A stretch of DNA of 39,757 bases from a virus. Taxonomy: Duplodnaviria > Caudoviricetes. The notes below the pieces were generated by a model. The model was not told where the DNA came from. It searched no databases and saw only the letters and a list, made by a program, of their open reading frames with translations. The stretch's first letter is position 1, and each line of letters begins with the position of its first letter. Below, piece by piece: positions 1-9,885 of this stretch. A program made the translations under genes and the position numbers. The stretch spans positions 1 through 39,757 of the IMG/VR virus record IMGVR_UViG_3300032313_000292. One strand, 5' to 3'.

Positions 1-123
1 ACCGGTCAGACCCTTGGTGACTTGCTGTATGCGTTCTGGTCTGAGAAGGGTTTGCAGTATCGTGGAACTTTGGAGTATGAGTTCTATGTAGCGAACGGTG
101 CTACGGGCACAACCTTGGGTGAT
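1..123. repeat. Terminal direct repeat, left copy (circular assembly overlap)
   Basis: Identical to 39635-39757 and lies inside an ORF that reads across the junction. Confidence 0.95.
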
Positions 124-264
124 TTGGCAAATGATTACTTTTCACGGGTTTACCCGTTGGAGTTTGATATACAGAACTTTGATTACTCTGACCCAGATGA
201 ATGGTTGGAGTTACAGGTATTTGACCGTTTTGATACGGTCGAACAACAGGTATTTACTAATTAG
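1..264 (+). CDS. 3' part of a 105-aa hypothetical protein spanning the circular junction (starts at 39581)
   Basis: The frame from ATG 39581 (MATTNDAMFSALSVAYPSTGQTLGDLLY...) continues through base 1 to TAG 264. It contains a repeated TLGDL motif. Confidence 0.8.
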   Translation, partial: TGQTLGDLLYAFWSEKGLQYRGTLEYEFYVANGATGTTLGDLANDYFSRVYPLEFDIQNFDYSDPDEWLELQVFDRFDTVEQQVFTN

Positions 265-286
265 GTAACGATTTAGGAGAACATAT

Positions 287-898
287 ATGGCAACTTTCAG
301 CAAAACAATCCTCAGTGGTTCAACAGATGGCCGTGGCATCAAGGTTGCGGCTACCGCAAGCAGTGGAACCACAATTCATACTGGTTCAAGTACGGCTACA
401 ACTCTAGATGAAATTTGGTTGTACGCACAACTAAACAACCCATTCTCTGCAGCATTAACCGTTTCAAACAAAGCACTAACAACCAACGTAGCAACAATTA
501 CTACTTCGGCTGCTCATGGTTTGTTTGTTGGTGACAGCGTAAAAATTACGGGTGTTGACAGCACGTTTAACGGTATTTGGACAATTACCACTGTTCCATC
601 AAGTACTACTTTTACTTATGCACGAACTTCAGCCAATGTGACCAGTGCTGCTGCGAGTGGTTCGGTTTATCCCGCAGCAACAGCAGCATCACAAAACGTG
701 CGTCTAACCATTCAGTGGGGCGGAACAACGGCAGTTGATGACGACATCACCTATACGGTGACAAACCAAAATGGTTTGTATCTCATTGCAGCAGGTCTAA
801 TCATTAAGGGTAATGCAACCCCACTTGTTGTTCGTGCTTTTGCTGATGTTGCAAACACGGTGGTTATTCACGGGTATGTAAATCGCATTACAGCGTAA
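287..898 (+). CDS. Putative virion/tail-associated beta-rich protein
   Basis: AGGAGA SD; Thr/Ser/Ala-rich; internal ATITTSAAHGL..GD.V.ITGV...FNG module typical of phage tail proteins. Confidence 0.65.
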   Translation: MATFSKTILSGSTDGRGIKVAATASSGTTIHTGSSTATTLDEIWLYAQLNNPFSAALTVSNKALTTNVATITTSAAHGLFVGDSVKITGVDSTFNGIWTITTVPSSTTFTYARTSANVTSAAASGSVYPAATAASQNVRLTIQWGGTTAVDDDITYTVTNQNGLYLIAAGLIIKGNATPLVVRAFADVANTVVIHGYVNRITA

Positions 899-909
899 GG
901 TCATCTTAG

Positions 910-1779
910 ATGCCTAGTTTTATTAGAAACACTTCGGGTGGTAAAGCCGTTAGTGGTGGAGCGTTGTCTCCACGCAATCGCCGTGGTAACACCAATCCAG
1001 TAGCGTCTTATTGGGCTGGTGGTTCTGTTACGATTGCGGAAAAACTTCGTGTAGAGTACGGTTTGCAGGGTGCTGGTGGTGGAACATATTCTGTTATAGG
1101 CGACCCTTTTTTCGGTTCTGGTGCAGCGGCTGGTGTTTGGCGTAGTGGAAGTGACATTTTTAACACATCAGGAACATCTTTGCCTATTGTAATTGGTGCT
1201 GGTGGTGGTGCTAACGCTGCTGGAACTTCAACAACATACAATTCAATAAGTGCAACTGGTGGTAATGGTGCTTATGTGAGTTGTGGTGCTTCAAACGCAG
1301 ATTTTTCTGGTGACTGTAACCGTGTTGGTGGTGACTTTGCTTGCTTTGGTTCGGGAACAAGAATTGACGCAGGTGTAGGTTATGGTGGTGGTGCTGGCAG
1401 CCACGGTAATGCTTGTTATAACGGCGCTGGCGGAACTGGGCAATTTGAGTCTTTTACATCAGCAGGAACTGGTATCGGTGGTGGTGGTGTGGTTGGTCCT
1501 GCTTCTGGTGCAAACATGAACGCAGCAGTTCAATATGGTGGTGGTCAAGGTACTTATGGTGGCGCTCCACAGAGCGCACCTGCTAATCGTGGCGGCGGTG
1601 CATCAGGCGGCGGAACCGCTGGTGTATCTAGCGCAAATGGTGGTTCTGGTGTTGCATATTTGCGATATGAAACCGCACTTGCAGAAGGTTTGAAAATTAC
1701 TGGTGGAACAAAATCATCAAACGGAAAATGGACTGTCCATACATTTACAACTAACGATACATTTTCAATAGGTAGGTAG
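910..1779 (+). CDS. Glycine-rich tail fibre/receptor-binding-type protein
   Basis: GAGGG, GGGAG and NGGSGV..LRY motifs plus a C-terminal TGG......VHTFT, typical of phage glycine-rich domains. Confidence 0.7.
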   Translation: MPSFIRNTSGGKAVSGGALSPRNRRGNTNPVASYWAGGSVTIAEKLRVEYGLQGAGGGTYSVIGDPFFGSGAAAGVWRSGSDIFNTSGTSLPIVIGAGGGANAAGTSTTYNSISATGGNGAYVSCGASNADFSGDCNRVGGDFACFGSGTRIDAGVGYGGGAGSHGNACYNGAGGTGQFESFTSAGTGIGGGGVVGPASGANMNAAVQYGGGQGTYGGAPQSAPANRGGGASGGGTAGVSSANGGSGVAYLRYETALAEGLKITGGTKSSNGKWTVHTFTTNDTFSIGR

Positions 1780-1781
1780 TA

Positions 1782-2195
1782 ATGTCACACTGGGCTGAAC
1801 TTGACGAAAACAATATTGTTATTCGTGTAACTGTTGGAAACAATAATGACCCTGCTGGAGATGAAGGTTATTCTTGGATTATGGAAAACCTTGGTGGTCG
1901 CTGGATAAAAACATCGTACAATGGCAATATTAGAAAAAACTTTGCAGGTGTTGGATATAAGTATGATGAAGCACTTGATGCTTTTATTTTGCCTCAACCT
2001 TATCCGTCTTGGACATTAAACAATGAATATACTTGGATTCCACCAGTTCCTGTACCATCAGATGCGGTTCATATTAATTTAGATAATTCTATAACTGGAA
2101 CAAAGTTTTATATCTGGAATGAAGATATTGTTAATTGGCAAGAAAATCCAGATAGAACACTCCCAACCATTTTTGATGATTCGTTCCTTGACTGA
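1782..2195 (+). CDS. Phage protein commonly found beside glycine-rich fibre genes
   Basis: MSHWAELDENN.V.RV, W.KTSYNG..RKNFAG.GY.YD...DAFI.PQPYPSW and W.PPVP.P motifs. Confidence 0.7.
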   Translation: MSHWAELDENNIVIRVTVGNNNDPAGDEGYSWIMENLGGRWIKTSYNGNIRKNFAGVGYKYDEALDAFILPQPYPSWTLNNEYTWIPPVPVPSDAVHINLDNSITGTKFYIWNEDIVNWQENPDRTLPTIFDDSFLD

Positions 2196-2196
2196 T

Positions 2197-2358
2197 GTGG
2201 CTGAATCTCTAACACCAAAACAACGACTTGATATATGTCTATCTTGCGACAAGATTTTTGAAGTCATCCCTCATGCCCCACAATGTAAAGAGTGCTTGTG
2301 TTTTATGAAGGTAAAGACAAGAATTAGGTCTTCTTCGTGTCCAATTGGAAAATGGTAA
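2197..2358 (+). CDS. Small Cys-rich protein (R..IC..C...C..C.C...CP.GKW; DUF6171-like)
   Basis: GTG start just after the upstream stop is more plausible than 2119; six Cys. Confidence 0.6.
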   Translation: MAESLTPKQRLDICLSCDKIFEVIPHAPQCKECLCFMKVKTRIRSSSCPIGKW

Positions 2359-3728
2359 AATCACGTTGGTTGATTTTTGTGCCAGTAGCAATACTGGCAT
2401 TATGGTCAACAGTTGCTAAAGCAGATGGTTTAGGCGACTGGACCGCTTCGCAGTCCTGCGCCACCGGTTCTGTGAACGTAGTTGAAAACTCGATTGTTAT
2501 TACAGGGCCTGATGGTGGTGGGTGTGGTGGGGCTAACTGGGTAAAGATTGAGACCACAATTCCAGAGGGTGTGAATAGTGTTTCGTTCACATGGTCGTAT
2601 TGGACTGCTGATGGCTGGGTCTATGACCCGCCACAGTATGGTGTCAATGGCGCATACACATTGCTTACACGGTTGAACCAAGCCACAGGGTCTTTGACGG
2701 TTGAGGTAACGGCTGGTGATATATTTACATTCAGACAGTATTCAATTGATTCGTGTTGTCAGCCGGGTCACTTAACGATAAGCGACCTTTCATTATGGGA
2801 ATTTACAACAACATCCACGACCCCAACAACGACGATAGTTACTACTACTGTTCCCGAAACGACTGTCCCTGTCACCAGCACAACTTCTACGACGCTTCCA
2901 GAAACATCAACCTCAAGTACGAGTACAACGACGAGCACAACGTCTACTTCAACTACGACAACCACAACGACGGTGCCAAATACGACAACGACGACAAGTA
3001 CGACGACTACAACATCGTCAACGACGACTACTACAACAACAAGTTCAACTCTTCCAGCACCCGTTGAAATCTACGTTCCTGAAGAGCCTGAAGAAACAAC
3101 GACAAGCACCACAGAGCCAGTAGAAGAGGAACCCATTCCAGAGGAGACGCTTCCAGAAGAAATAGATACGACAGTTGAAGAAGTGACCACAACAACTGAG
3201 GAAGTGACCACAACATCTGAAGCACCTGAAGAGACTAGCACAACGGTAGAGCCAGATTTGGAGCCAGATTTAGAGCCATTGGCTGAAGAAGAAGTAGAGG
3301 CTTTGATTGCTGAAGCCACAACTGTGGAAGAACTTCAGGAAGCCCTAGATGAGTTAACCCCTGAACAAGTTGAGCAGGTTGTTGACCAGATTCTGGAACA
3401 GGAAGAACCACCTACCCCTGAGCAGGCTGTCGCTTTGGCGACCAGCCCAGAGGTGCTGTCAGTTGTTACTCCACAGCAGGCGGTTGAAATCTTTGAGTCT
3501 TTGGATGTGGCAGAGATAAGCGAAGAGGAAAAGGATGCGGTCACAGAGGCTGTCCAGTCTGCGCCTTTGGAGGTGCGACAGGCATTCGAGGAAACCATTG
3601 ACATATTCTCTGACGACTTTGGTGACTACGTGCCTCTGGGGTCTTCTGTGCCAGTAGATACCCGTCGCACCCTAATTGCCGTAGCGGCTGGTGCTACAGC
3701 CATTGCTGTGTCCTCACGCAAACCGTAA
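2352..3728 (+). CDS. Secreted/membrane-anchored protein with mucin-like Thr-rich linker and acidic domain
   Basis: Signal peptide (RWLIFVPVAILALWSTVAKA), Cys-containing beta domain, long poly-Thr tract, Glu-rich region and hydrophobic C-terminal tail. ATG 2352 preferred. Confidence 0.8.
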   Translation: MVKSRWLIFVPVAILALWSTVAKADGLGDWTASQSCATGSVNVVENSIVITGPDGGGCGGANWVKIETTIPEGVNSVSFTWSYWTADGWVYDPPQYGVNGAYTLLTRLNQATGSLTVEVTAGDIFTFRQYSIDSCCQPGHLTISDLSLWEFTTTSTTPTTTIVTTTVPETTVPVTSTTSTTLPETSTSSTSTTTSTTSTSTTTTTTTVPNTTTTTSTTTTTSSTTTTTTTSSTLPAPVEIYVPEEPEETTTSTTEPVEEEPIPEETLPEEIDTTVEEVTTTTEEVTTTSEAPEETSTTVEPDLEPDLEPLAEEEVEALIAEATTVEELQEALDELTPEQVEQVVDQILEQEEPPTPEQAVALATSPEVLSVVTPQQAVEIFESLDVAEISEEEKDAVTEAVQSAPLEVRQAFEETIDIFSDDFGDYVPLGSSVPVDTRRTLIAVAAGATAIAVSSRKP

Positions 3729-3745
3729 CGAATTGGGCTATTAGC

Positions 3746-3913
3746 GTGAAGAAACTTCTATCTGAAATCCATGCTTTGACTTGGACACTTGCAGGTACCG
3801 GTATGGTGCTTATCACGCTGTCTGGTCAGACCAAGGTTTTGGGTTGGGGAATCACCGTAATAGCCGTGATAATCCATTTACTCGGCGTAATGTTCAAGGA
3901 GAACAATGAATAA
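3746..3913 (+). CDS. Small two-TM membrane protein (55 aa; not in the ORF track)
   Basis: GTG 3746 gives MKKLLSEIHALTWTLAGTGMVLITLSGQTKVLGWGITVIAVIIHLLGVMFKENNE; it fills the gap and overlaps the next start. Confidence 0.7.
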   Translation: MKKLLSEIHALTWTLAGTGMVLITLSGQTKVLGWGITVIAVIIHLLGVMFKENNE

Positions 3914-4175
3914 GGCAAAAGATATTGCAGGCAGAATTGTTGCACTTTTCCTCACCAACGCCCTCGGCGTGGTGACTGGTGCTGCGGTAATCGCTCCTGA
4001 CTTGGAAGTATGGAAGTCGGCTTTGATTGCTGGCGCAGTTTCTATCTTCAAGGTTGCAGAGGGTCTTGCCAAGGCAAGCATTGATGGTGTTCTTACCAAA
4101 GATGAAATTGATGCAGCATTTGGTGCAAGTCCTAAAAAGATTGCAGCAAAGAAGGCAGCCGTTAAGAAGGCATAA
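3906..4175 (+). CDS. Holin-like two-TM protein
   Basis: AAGGAG SD, two hydrophobic helices, Lys-rich C-terminus. Confidence 0.55.
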   Translation: MNKAKDIAGRIVALFLTNALGVVTGAAVIAPDLEVWKSALIAGAVSIFKVAEGLAKASIDGVLTKDEIDAAFGASPKKIAAKKAAVKKA

Positions 4176-5761
4176 TGGAACTCACTGACCTTCTCAATGA
4201 GAAGGAGTGGAGGAAATGCAAAGGTAGTGAAGGTGCGACCACAGATGAACTTGTGGTTGCATTTTCACACTTTTGTTCCACCCATTGGATGATTAGACAC
4301 CCTGAGCGGGGTCGTATCAAGTTTGCCTTGCGTGAAGCACAGGAAGAAACTGTAAGAGTCTGGATTGACTCTCGCTACAGTATTGTTCTGAAGGCACGAC
4401 AGATTGGGTTCTCTACTCTGGCTGCTGCATTCACATTCTGGGAAACATTCTTTTGGCCTGACCGCTTTACGGTCATGCTTTCACGTACTGAACGTGAAGC
4501 ATCTAAGTTGTTGCAAAAGACCAAGTATGGTTACAAGATGCTTCCTGCGTGGATGCGTGTGCGTGGACCAGACCTACTCTCAGACAACCAATTGAAGATG
4601 GTGTTTGCTAATGACTCTGCTATTGAGTCTTTGCCATCTGGCAATGACCCTGCTCGTGGTGAGTCTGTGTATCGAGTAATCATTGACGAAATGGCGTTCT
4701 TGCCCAACGCTGAAGAAGCGTGGGCATCTATTGAACCAATTGCTGACGTTGGTGGTCGTGTTATTTGTTTGAGCACAGCCAATGGTGAGGGCAATATCTT
4801 TCACCAACTATGGGTTGGTTCGCAGACTGGTGTAAACCGATTTACTGGTGTGTTTTTCCCGTGGTCTGCTGGAGACCGTGACGAGGATTGGTATGAGGCT
4901 AAGAAGCGTGACCTTCCTGACTGGCAGTTGGCACAGGAATACCCGGACAATGCTGAGGAAGCCTTTATCCGTTCTGGTCGCCCAGTATTTGACCTTGAAT
5001 CATTAAGGAAGATAGAAGCGGTTGACCCAGACTGTGGTTATCTAAAAAATGAGTTAGGCAAGAATGTTTATACTTTCATCAAAGATGGTGGAGAGTTGTC
5101 AATCTGGGATTTTCCAACTCTTAATGAAAACTATGTGATTGGGGCTGACGTTGCAGAAGGTCTTGGGCATGGTGACTATTCATCTGCCCATATTATTTCT
5201 GCGGACACAGGTTTAGTGGTGGCTCATTGGCATGGGCACGTTGATGCTGACATCTTTGGGGAAGATGTTCTTCGGGCTTTGGGTTATTACTATAATCATG
5301 CCTTGATTGGTGTTGAGTCCAACAACCACGGTTTGACGACAATCAAAGGTCTTCAGCGTGCTGGTTATCGCAACACTTATCGCCAGCGCAAGATGAATGC
5401 CCGTAACCCGGTGGCAAGTGAGACTATGGGTTGGAGAACTACTTCGGTTTCTAAGCCTTTGGCAATTGACGAGTTGAATGCGTCAATCCGTGATGAGGCT
5501 ATTTTGTTGTACGACTTTAAGACCATTGCTGAACTTCGTTCATTTGTGCGTGAAGCCAATGGAAAGATGCATGGCTCGCCACACGACGACCGTGTTATGT
5601 CATTAGCCATTGCCAACCAGATGTTGAAGTATGTTTGGTTGCCAGAATACCGATACGACCCAGCACCACCCAAAAATACTTTGGGATGGTGGGAACAACA
5701 CATAATTAAAGAGAAACAGGAGAAAACTTTACCTATTGGTGCGTTTAATATCCGAGGGTAA
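4175..5761 (+). CDS. terL: Terminase large subunit
   Basis: LKARQIGFST Walker A, VIIDEMAF Walker B, STANG coupling motif, and RNase H-like GADVAEG...HDDRVMS. Confidence 0.95.
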   Translation: MELTDLLNEKEWRKCKGSEGATTDELVVAFSHFCSTHWMIRHPERGRIKFALREAQEETVRVWIDSRYSIVLKARQIGFSTLAAAFTFWETFFWPDRFTVMLSRTEREASKLLQKTKYGYKMLPAWMRVRGPDLLSDNQLKMVFANDSAIESLPSGNDPARGESVYRVIIDEMAFLPNAEEAWASIEPIADVGGRVICLSTANGEGNIFHQLWVGSQTGVNRFTGVFFPWSAGDRDEDWYEAKKRDLPDWQLAQEYPDNAEEAFIRSGRPVFDLESLRKIEAVDPDCGYLKNELGKNVYTFIKDGGELSIWDFPTLNENYVIGADVAEGLGHGDYSSAHIISADTGLVVAHWHGHVDADIFGEDVLRALGYYYNHALIGVESNNHGLTTIKGLQRAGYRNTYRQRKMNARNPVASETMGWRTTSVSKPLAIDELNASIRDEAILLYDFKTIAELRSFVREANGKMHGSPHDDRVMSLAIANQMLKYVWLPEYRYDPAPPKNTLGWWEQHIIKEKQEKTLPIGAFNIRG

Positions 5762-5779
5762 CGATTAAAGCCTATAGTT

Positions 5780-6007
5780 ATGAAAGAATTCCGCTGTTTA
5801 GAGTGTTTGACGACTTTTGAATCAGATGAATTGCCCCGTCGTGGTTCAATTTGTTTCAAATGCCATATCAAGTCAGTCCGTCTTGGATTCACTTATGGGC
5901 AAGAAGACTTCCACGGCCCAACCGTGAAAGAACGTGCAGATGAGCAGGTTCGTGTAGCCAAAGAGGCTGGTATCAATGCCGAGCCTGTCGGAAGTCGTTG
6001 GATTTGA
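5780..6007 (+). CDS. Small zinc-ribbon protein
   Basis: CLEC...CFKC. Confidence 0.7.
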   Translation: MKEFRCLECLTTFESDELPRRGSICFKCHIKSVRLGFTYGQEDFHGPTVKERADEQVRVAKEAGINAEPVGSRWI

Positions 6008-6008
6008 G

Positions 6009-6209
6009 ATGGAGGTGGTATGGGTACCGATTGCTGTCGCAATCATATCTGGACCCCTCGTTGTCATTTTGCAAAAGTTGCGTAAAGAAAATACGGAACA
6101 ACATGCTGAGGGGCGAATCCTCCTAAAAATGATTGGAACTAAGGTTGACAAAATTGGTAGCAGACTTGACAACCATATCGGTTGGCATGAAGGACAAGAG
6201 GACAAATAA
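6009..6209 (+). CDS. Small single-TM membrane protein with coiled-coil tail
   Basis: MEVVWVPIAVAIISGPLVVIL; TAATG coupling to the portal gene; ATG 6009 preferred. Confidence 0.65.
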   Translation: MEVVWVPIAVAIISGPLVVILQKLRKENTEQHAEGRILLKMIGTKVDKIGSRLDNHIGWHEGQEDK

Positions 6210-8056
6210 TGGCTCGGAAATCTAATTCGGAAATCATTACAAGTTACAGAAATAAGATTGAACAAACAAAGCGTTGGAGGCGTGAAGAACGCTGCGACGA
6301 CCTTTGGGCACGAATGATTGACATGTATCGTGGAAAGCATTTTAAGACCGAAACCCAAGAAGACCGTCTGCTTGTCAACATTGCTTTTGCAACTATCAAC
6401 GTAATCTCACCTAGCGTTTCTGTCAACTATCCAAAGATTACTGTTAATGCTAGAAAGTATGAAGATGCTCCTCGTGCTGTTGTGACCGAAGCCGTAGTTA
6501 ACTACTGGTGGAGACACTATGAGTGCCAAAAAGAATTCCGTACAGCAGTAAAAGACATGCTCATTATTGGTCATGGTTTCTTGAAGACTGGTTATCGTTT
6601 TGTGGAAAAGGATGGTTCGGATTACGAAGCATCCGATGAACTTGCCTCAGCAGCACCAGAATCAATTACCGAGTCTGACTTCATTATTACCGAAGACCGA
6701 CCATTCGTTGAGCGCATTTCACCATTTGATGTTTTTGTTGACGCTGATGCAACATCCATGCAAGACATGCGATGGATTGCCCAGCGAGTCCGTCGCCCTT
6801 TGAAAGATGTAAAGAAAGACAAGCGTTACAACTCTGCTGCACGAAATGAAGCAGCACCTTCACATTATTCTAAGTGGGGAATTGACGACTGGCGTGGCTC
6901 GGTAAGACCACGCCGTAGCGAAAACGAAGATGACGCTTATGTAGAAATCTGGGAATACTACGACATTGAAACAGGCAAGATGTCTGTGTTCTGTGACGGT
7001 GGTGACAAGTTCCTTGTCAACCCAACAACAATCCCATTTTCGTTTGGACATCCATTCGTGATGTTGCGCAACTATGAAGTGCCAGAGCACTTCTACCCAA
7101 TGGGTGAACTAGAAGCAATTGAACCGTTGCAAATGGAACTCAACCAAACACGTACACAGATGATGAACCATCGCAAGCGTTTCTCACGCAAGTGGTTGTA
7201 CAAGGAATCAGCCTTTGACGCTGATGGTCGTGCAGCGTTGGAATCAGATGAAGACAACGTAATGGTTCCGGTTATCTCTGAAGAACCACTTGGCGGTGTG
7301 ATTACACCAATGCCAGCGGTAATCAGCCCACCAGAGTTCTACAATCAGTCGAATCTTATTTCTGGAGACATTGACCGTGTATCAGGTATTTCTGAATACC
7401 AGCGTGGTGGAATGCCAGAGATTCGCCGTACCGCAACTGAAGCAGCAATTTCACAAGATGCATCTAACGCCCGTTCTTCGGACAAGTTGGCAATCATTGA
7501 ACGTGGTATTGGTGAATGCGCCCGTCGCTTGGTGATGCTTGCACAGCAGTACATGACAGCAGAAGGTGCTGTTCGTGTGGCTGGCAAAGATGCACAACCA
7601 ATCTGGGTAAACTTTGACCGTGACTACATTCAGGGTGACTTTGACTTTGAAGTAGAAGGTGGCTCAACCCAGCCAGTCAACGAATCATTCCGTCGTCAGA
7701 TGGCTTTGCAGGTTGTTGATGCAATGGCACCGTTTGCTTCGGCTGGGATTATTGACATGCCGAAGTTGGCAACTTATGTTCTCCAATACGGTTTCGGTAT
7801 CAAGACCGCCGCTTCGTTTGTGACCGCAGCACCTCCTCCGATGCCACCAGAGATGGCTGAAGCGCCTCAAGGCGCTCTGCCACCGGGTATGCCACCACAG
7901 GGACCTCCGCCAGAAGCAATGATGCAGGGAGCACCACCGCAAGGTGGAGCGCCAGCAGGATTACCACCAGAGTTGGCAGGATTGCCACCTGAGGTTCTCA
8001 TGCAACTCATGCAACAAATGCAACAAGGCGGGGGCATGCCTCCTCAGGGTATGTAA
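6209..8056 (+). CDS. Portal protein (podovirus/P22-like)
   Basis: Size, position after terL, ERISPFDVFVD, SGISEYQRG and TATEA motifs, Pro/Gln-rich tail. Confidence 0.9.
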   Translation: MARKSNSEIITSYRNKIEQTKRWRREERCDDLWARMIDMYRGKHFKTETQEDRLLVNIAFATINVISPSVSVNYPKITVNARKYEDAPRAVVTEAVVNYWWRHYECQKEFRTAVKDMLIIGHGFLKTGYRFVEKDGSDYEASDELASAAPESITESDFIITEDRPFVERISPFDVFVDADATSMQDMRWIAQRVRRPLKDVKKDKRYNSAARNEAAPSHYSKWGIDDWRGSVRPRRSENEDDAYVEIWEYYDIETGKMSVFCDGGDKFLVNPTTIPFSFGHPFVMLRNYEVPEHFYPMGELEAIEPLQMELNQTRTQMMNHRKRFSRKWLYKESAFDADGRAALESDEDNVMVPVISEEPLGGVITPMPAVISPPEFYNQSNLISGDIDRVSGISEYQRGGMPEIRRTATEAAISQDASNARSSDKLAIIERGIGECARRLVMLAQQYMTAEGAVRVAGKDAQPIWVNFDRDYIQGDFDFEVEGGSTQPVNESFRRQMALQVVDAMAPFASAGIIDMPKLATYVLQYGFGIKTAASFVTAAPPPMPPEMAEAPQGALPPGMPPQGPPPEAMMQGAPPQGGAPAGLPPELAGLPPEVLMQLMQQMQQGGGMPPQGM

Positions 8057-8102
8057 CGAAAAATCCCAACATATAGAGCAACCCGAAAAGGACTCCTAAA
8101 AA

Positions 8103-8888
8103 ATGAGCGATATAAATAGCAATGAAATCACAGCCGATGTGACCCCAGAAGAACTGGGACAATCACAGGAAGTTGCGGATGTAGTTGATGCCTTAACCGA
8201 GGAACAAATTGATTTGCTCCCTGTTGATGAGTACGGAGACAAGTATGTTTCTGTAACTGTTAACGGCGAGGAAGTTAGTGTGCCACTCCGAGAGGCGCTT
8301 TCTGGATACCAGCGTCAAGCGGATTATACCCGCAAGACACAGGAACTTGGAGAGCAACGGCGACAAGTGCAATTTGGTGCCGCTTTGCAAGAAGCCTTGC
8401 AAAACGACCCACAGGGTACTTTAAGTCTGCTTTCACAGCATTACGGCGTTGTACAACAACCTTCTGAAGAAGAAGAATTGTACATGGACCCAGTTGAGAA
8501 ACAGTACCGACAATTAGAAAGTCGGGTTCAAGCCTTTGAGCAAGAAAAAGCAAGGGCAGAACTTGAGCGGACAATACAGTCGCTGCAAACACGATACGGC
8601 TCGGACTTCGATGCCAATGAAGTTGTGTCAAGGGCTTTAGCCATTGGCTCATCTGATTTGGAAGCGGTGTACAAGCAAACGGCGTTTGACAAGGTGTACG
8701 AAGATGCTTCGGCGGTTCGTCAACTTCGTGAGAAGCGGGCAACTGAGAATAAGCAGATTACGGACTCAAAGCGTCAAGCATCTGTTGCTTCCACTACTTC
8801 CTCGGCTGGAAGTGCGGATGTATCAGCACAACCCATTAAATCATTGCGAGACGCATTTGAAGCCGCAAAACGGCAACTAAGCGTTTAG
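8103..8888 (+). CDS. Capsid scaffolding protein
   Basis: V.VNGEE..V.L.E...GYQRQADYTRKTQEL scaffold motif; acidic coiled coil; lies between portal and capsid genes. Confidence 0.85.
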   Translation: MSDINSNEITADVTPEELGQSQEVADVVDALTEEQIDLLPVDEYGDKYVSVTVNGEEVSVPLREALSGYQRQADYTRKTQELGEQRRQVQFGAALQEALQNDPQGTLSLLSQHYGVVQQPSEEEELYMDPVEKQYRQLESRVQAFEQEKARAELERTIQSLQTRYGSDFDANEVVSRALAIGSSDLEAVYKQTAFDKVYEDASAVRQLREKRATENKQITDSKRQASVASTTSSAGSADVSAQPIKSLRDAFEAAKRQLSV

Positions 8889-8912
8889 CGTTCTAACTAA
8901 GGAGAAATCATC

Positions 8913-9857
8913 ATGGCATCAGCCAATAGTAACTTTGACCAGTTGCTCTCAACGACGCTTGCGAACTACCGCAGCCAGTTGACAGACAACGTGTTCACTG
9001 CACGCCCACTCACCTACCAACTCATGGACAAGGGTCGCATTCGTATGCTTAACGGCGGTACGAAGATTGTTGAACCTCTTATCTACGGCAAGAACTCAAC
9101 TGTTGCTTCATACAGCGGTTACGATTCACTTGCTTTGACCCCACAAGAAGGCATCTCGGCTGCTGAGTACGAATGGAAGCAGTACGCTGCATCCATCGCA
9201 ATCAGTGGTATTGAAGAAGCCAAGAACAACGGTGAACAAGAAATCATCAACTTGCTCGAAGCCAAGATTATGCAGGCAGAAGAGTCAATGCGTGAATCGT
9301 TCAACCAGATGTTCTTTGCTGACGGAACTGGCAACAGCGGAAAAGACTGGAACGGCCTTGGAAACTTGGTTGAGACCGGCAACACCGTTGGTGGAATCAA
9401 CTCAGCAACTTCAGGCAACGAGTTCTGGCGTTCATACGAAGAGAACACCGCAACTGCGTTGACTCTTGCACAAATGAGCACTGCTTACAACAGCGTTTCG
9501 GTTGGTAATGACCACCCAGACACCTTGTTGACAAGCCAGACTTTGTTTGAGAAGTACGAAGCATTGCTTCAGCCAAACCTCCGTTACACGGACACCAAGA
9601 CCGCAGATGCTGGATTCCAGAACCTGTTGTTCAAGGCTGCTCCTGTAATGTACGACGTGCATTGCACCGCTGGTGTGTTCTACTTCCTTAACACGAAGTA
9701 CCTCACCTTGGTCGGTCACAGCAACAAGTGGTTCGCTCAGACGGACTTTATCAAGCCAGAAGACACCGATGCTCGCTATGCGCTCATCATGTGCTACGGC
9801 AACTTGACCTGTCGCAACCGTGCGAAGCAGGGCAAACTCACGGCAAAGACCGCCTAA
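8913..9857 (+). CDS. Major capsid protein
   Basis: 314 aa after the scaffold; strong AAGGAG SD; HK97-like features (GG.KI.EPL.YG.N, A.YEWKQ, YGNL...NR..QG). Confidence 0.9.
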   Translation: MASANSNFDQLLSTTLANYRSQLTDNVFTARPLTYQLMDKGRIRMLNGGTKIVEPLIYGKNSTVASYSGYDSLALTPQEGISAAEYEWKQYAASIAISGIEEAKNNGEQEIINLLEAKIMQAEESMRESFNQMFFADGTGNSGKDWNGLGNLVETGNTVGGINSATSGNEFWRSYEENTATALTLAQMSTAYNSVSVGNDHPDTLLTSQTLFEKYEALLQPNLRYTDTKTADAGFQNLLFKAAPVMYDVHCTAGVFYFLNTKYLTLVGHSNKWFAQTDFIKPEDTDARYALIMCYGNLTCRNRAKQGKLTAKTA

Positions 9858-9885
9858 GACCACTAACTAACAAGGAGAAAATGAC

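Noticed and set aside
2810-3285. ACN-rich low-complexity tract and CCAGATTT(G/A)GAG repeats as a DNA repeat element
   Set aside because: Explained by poly-Thr and EPDL coding.
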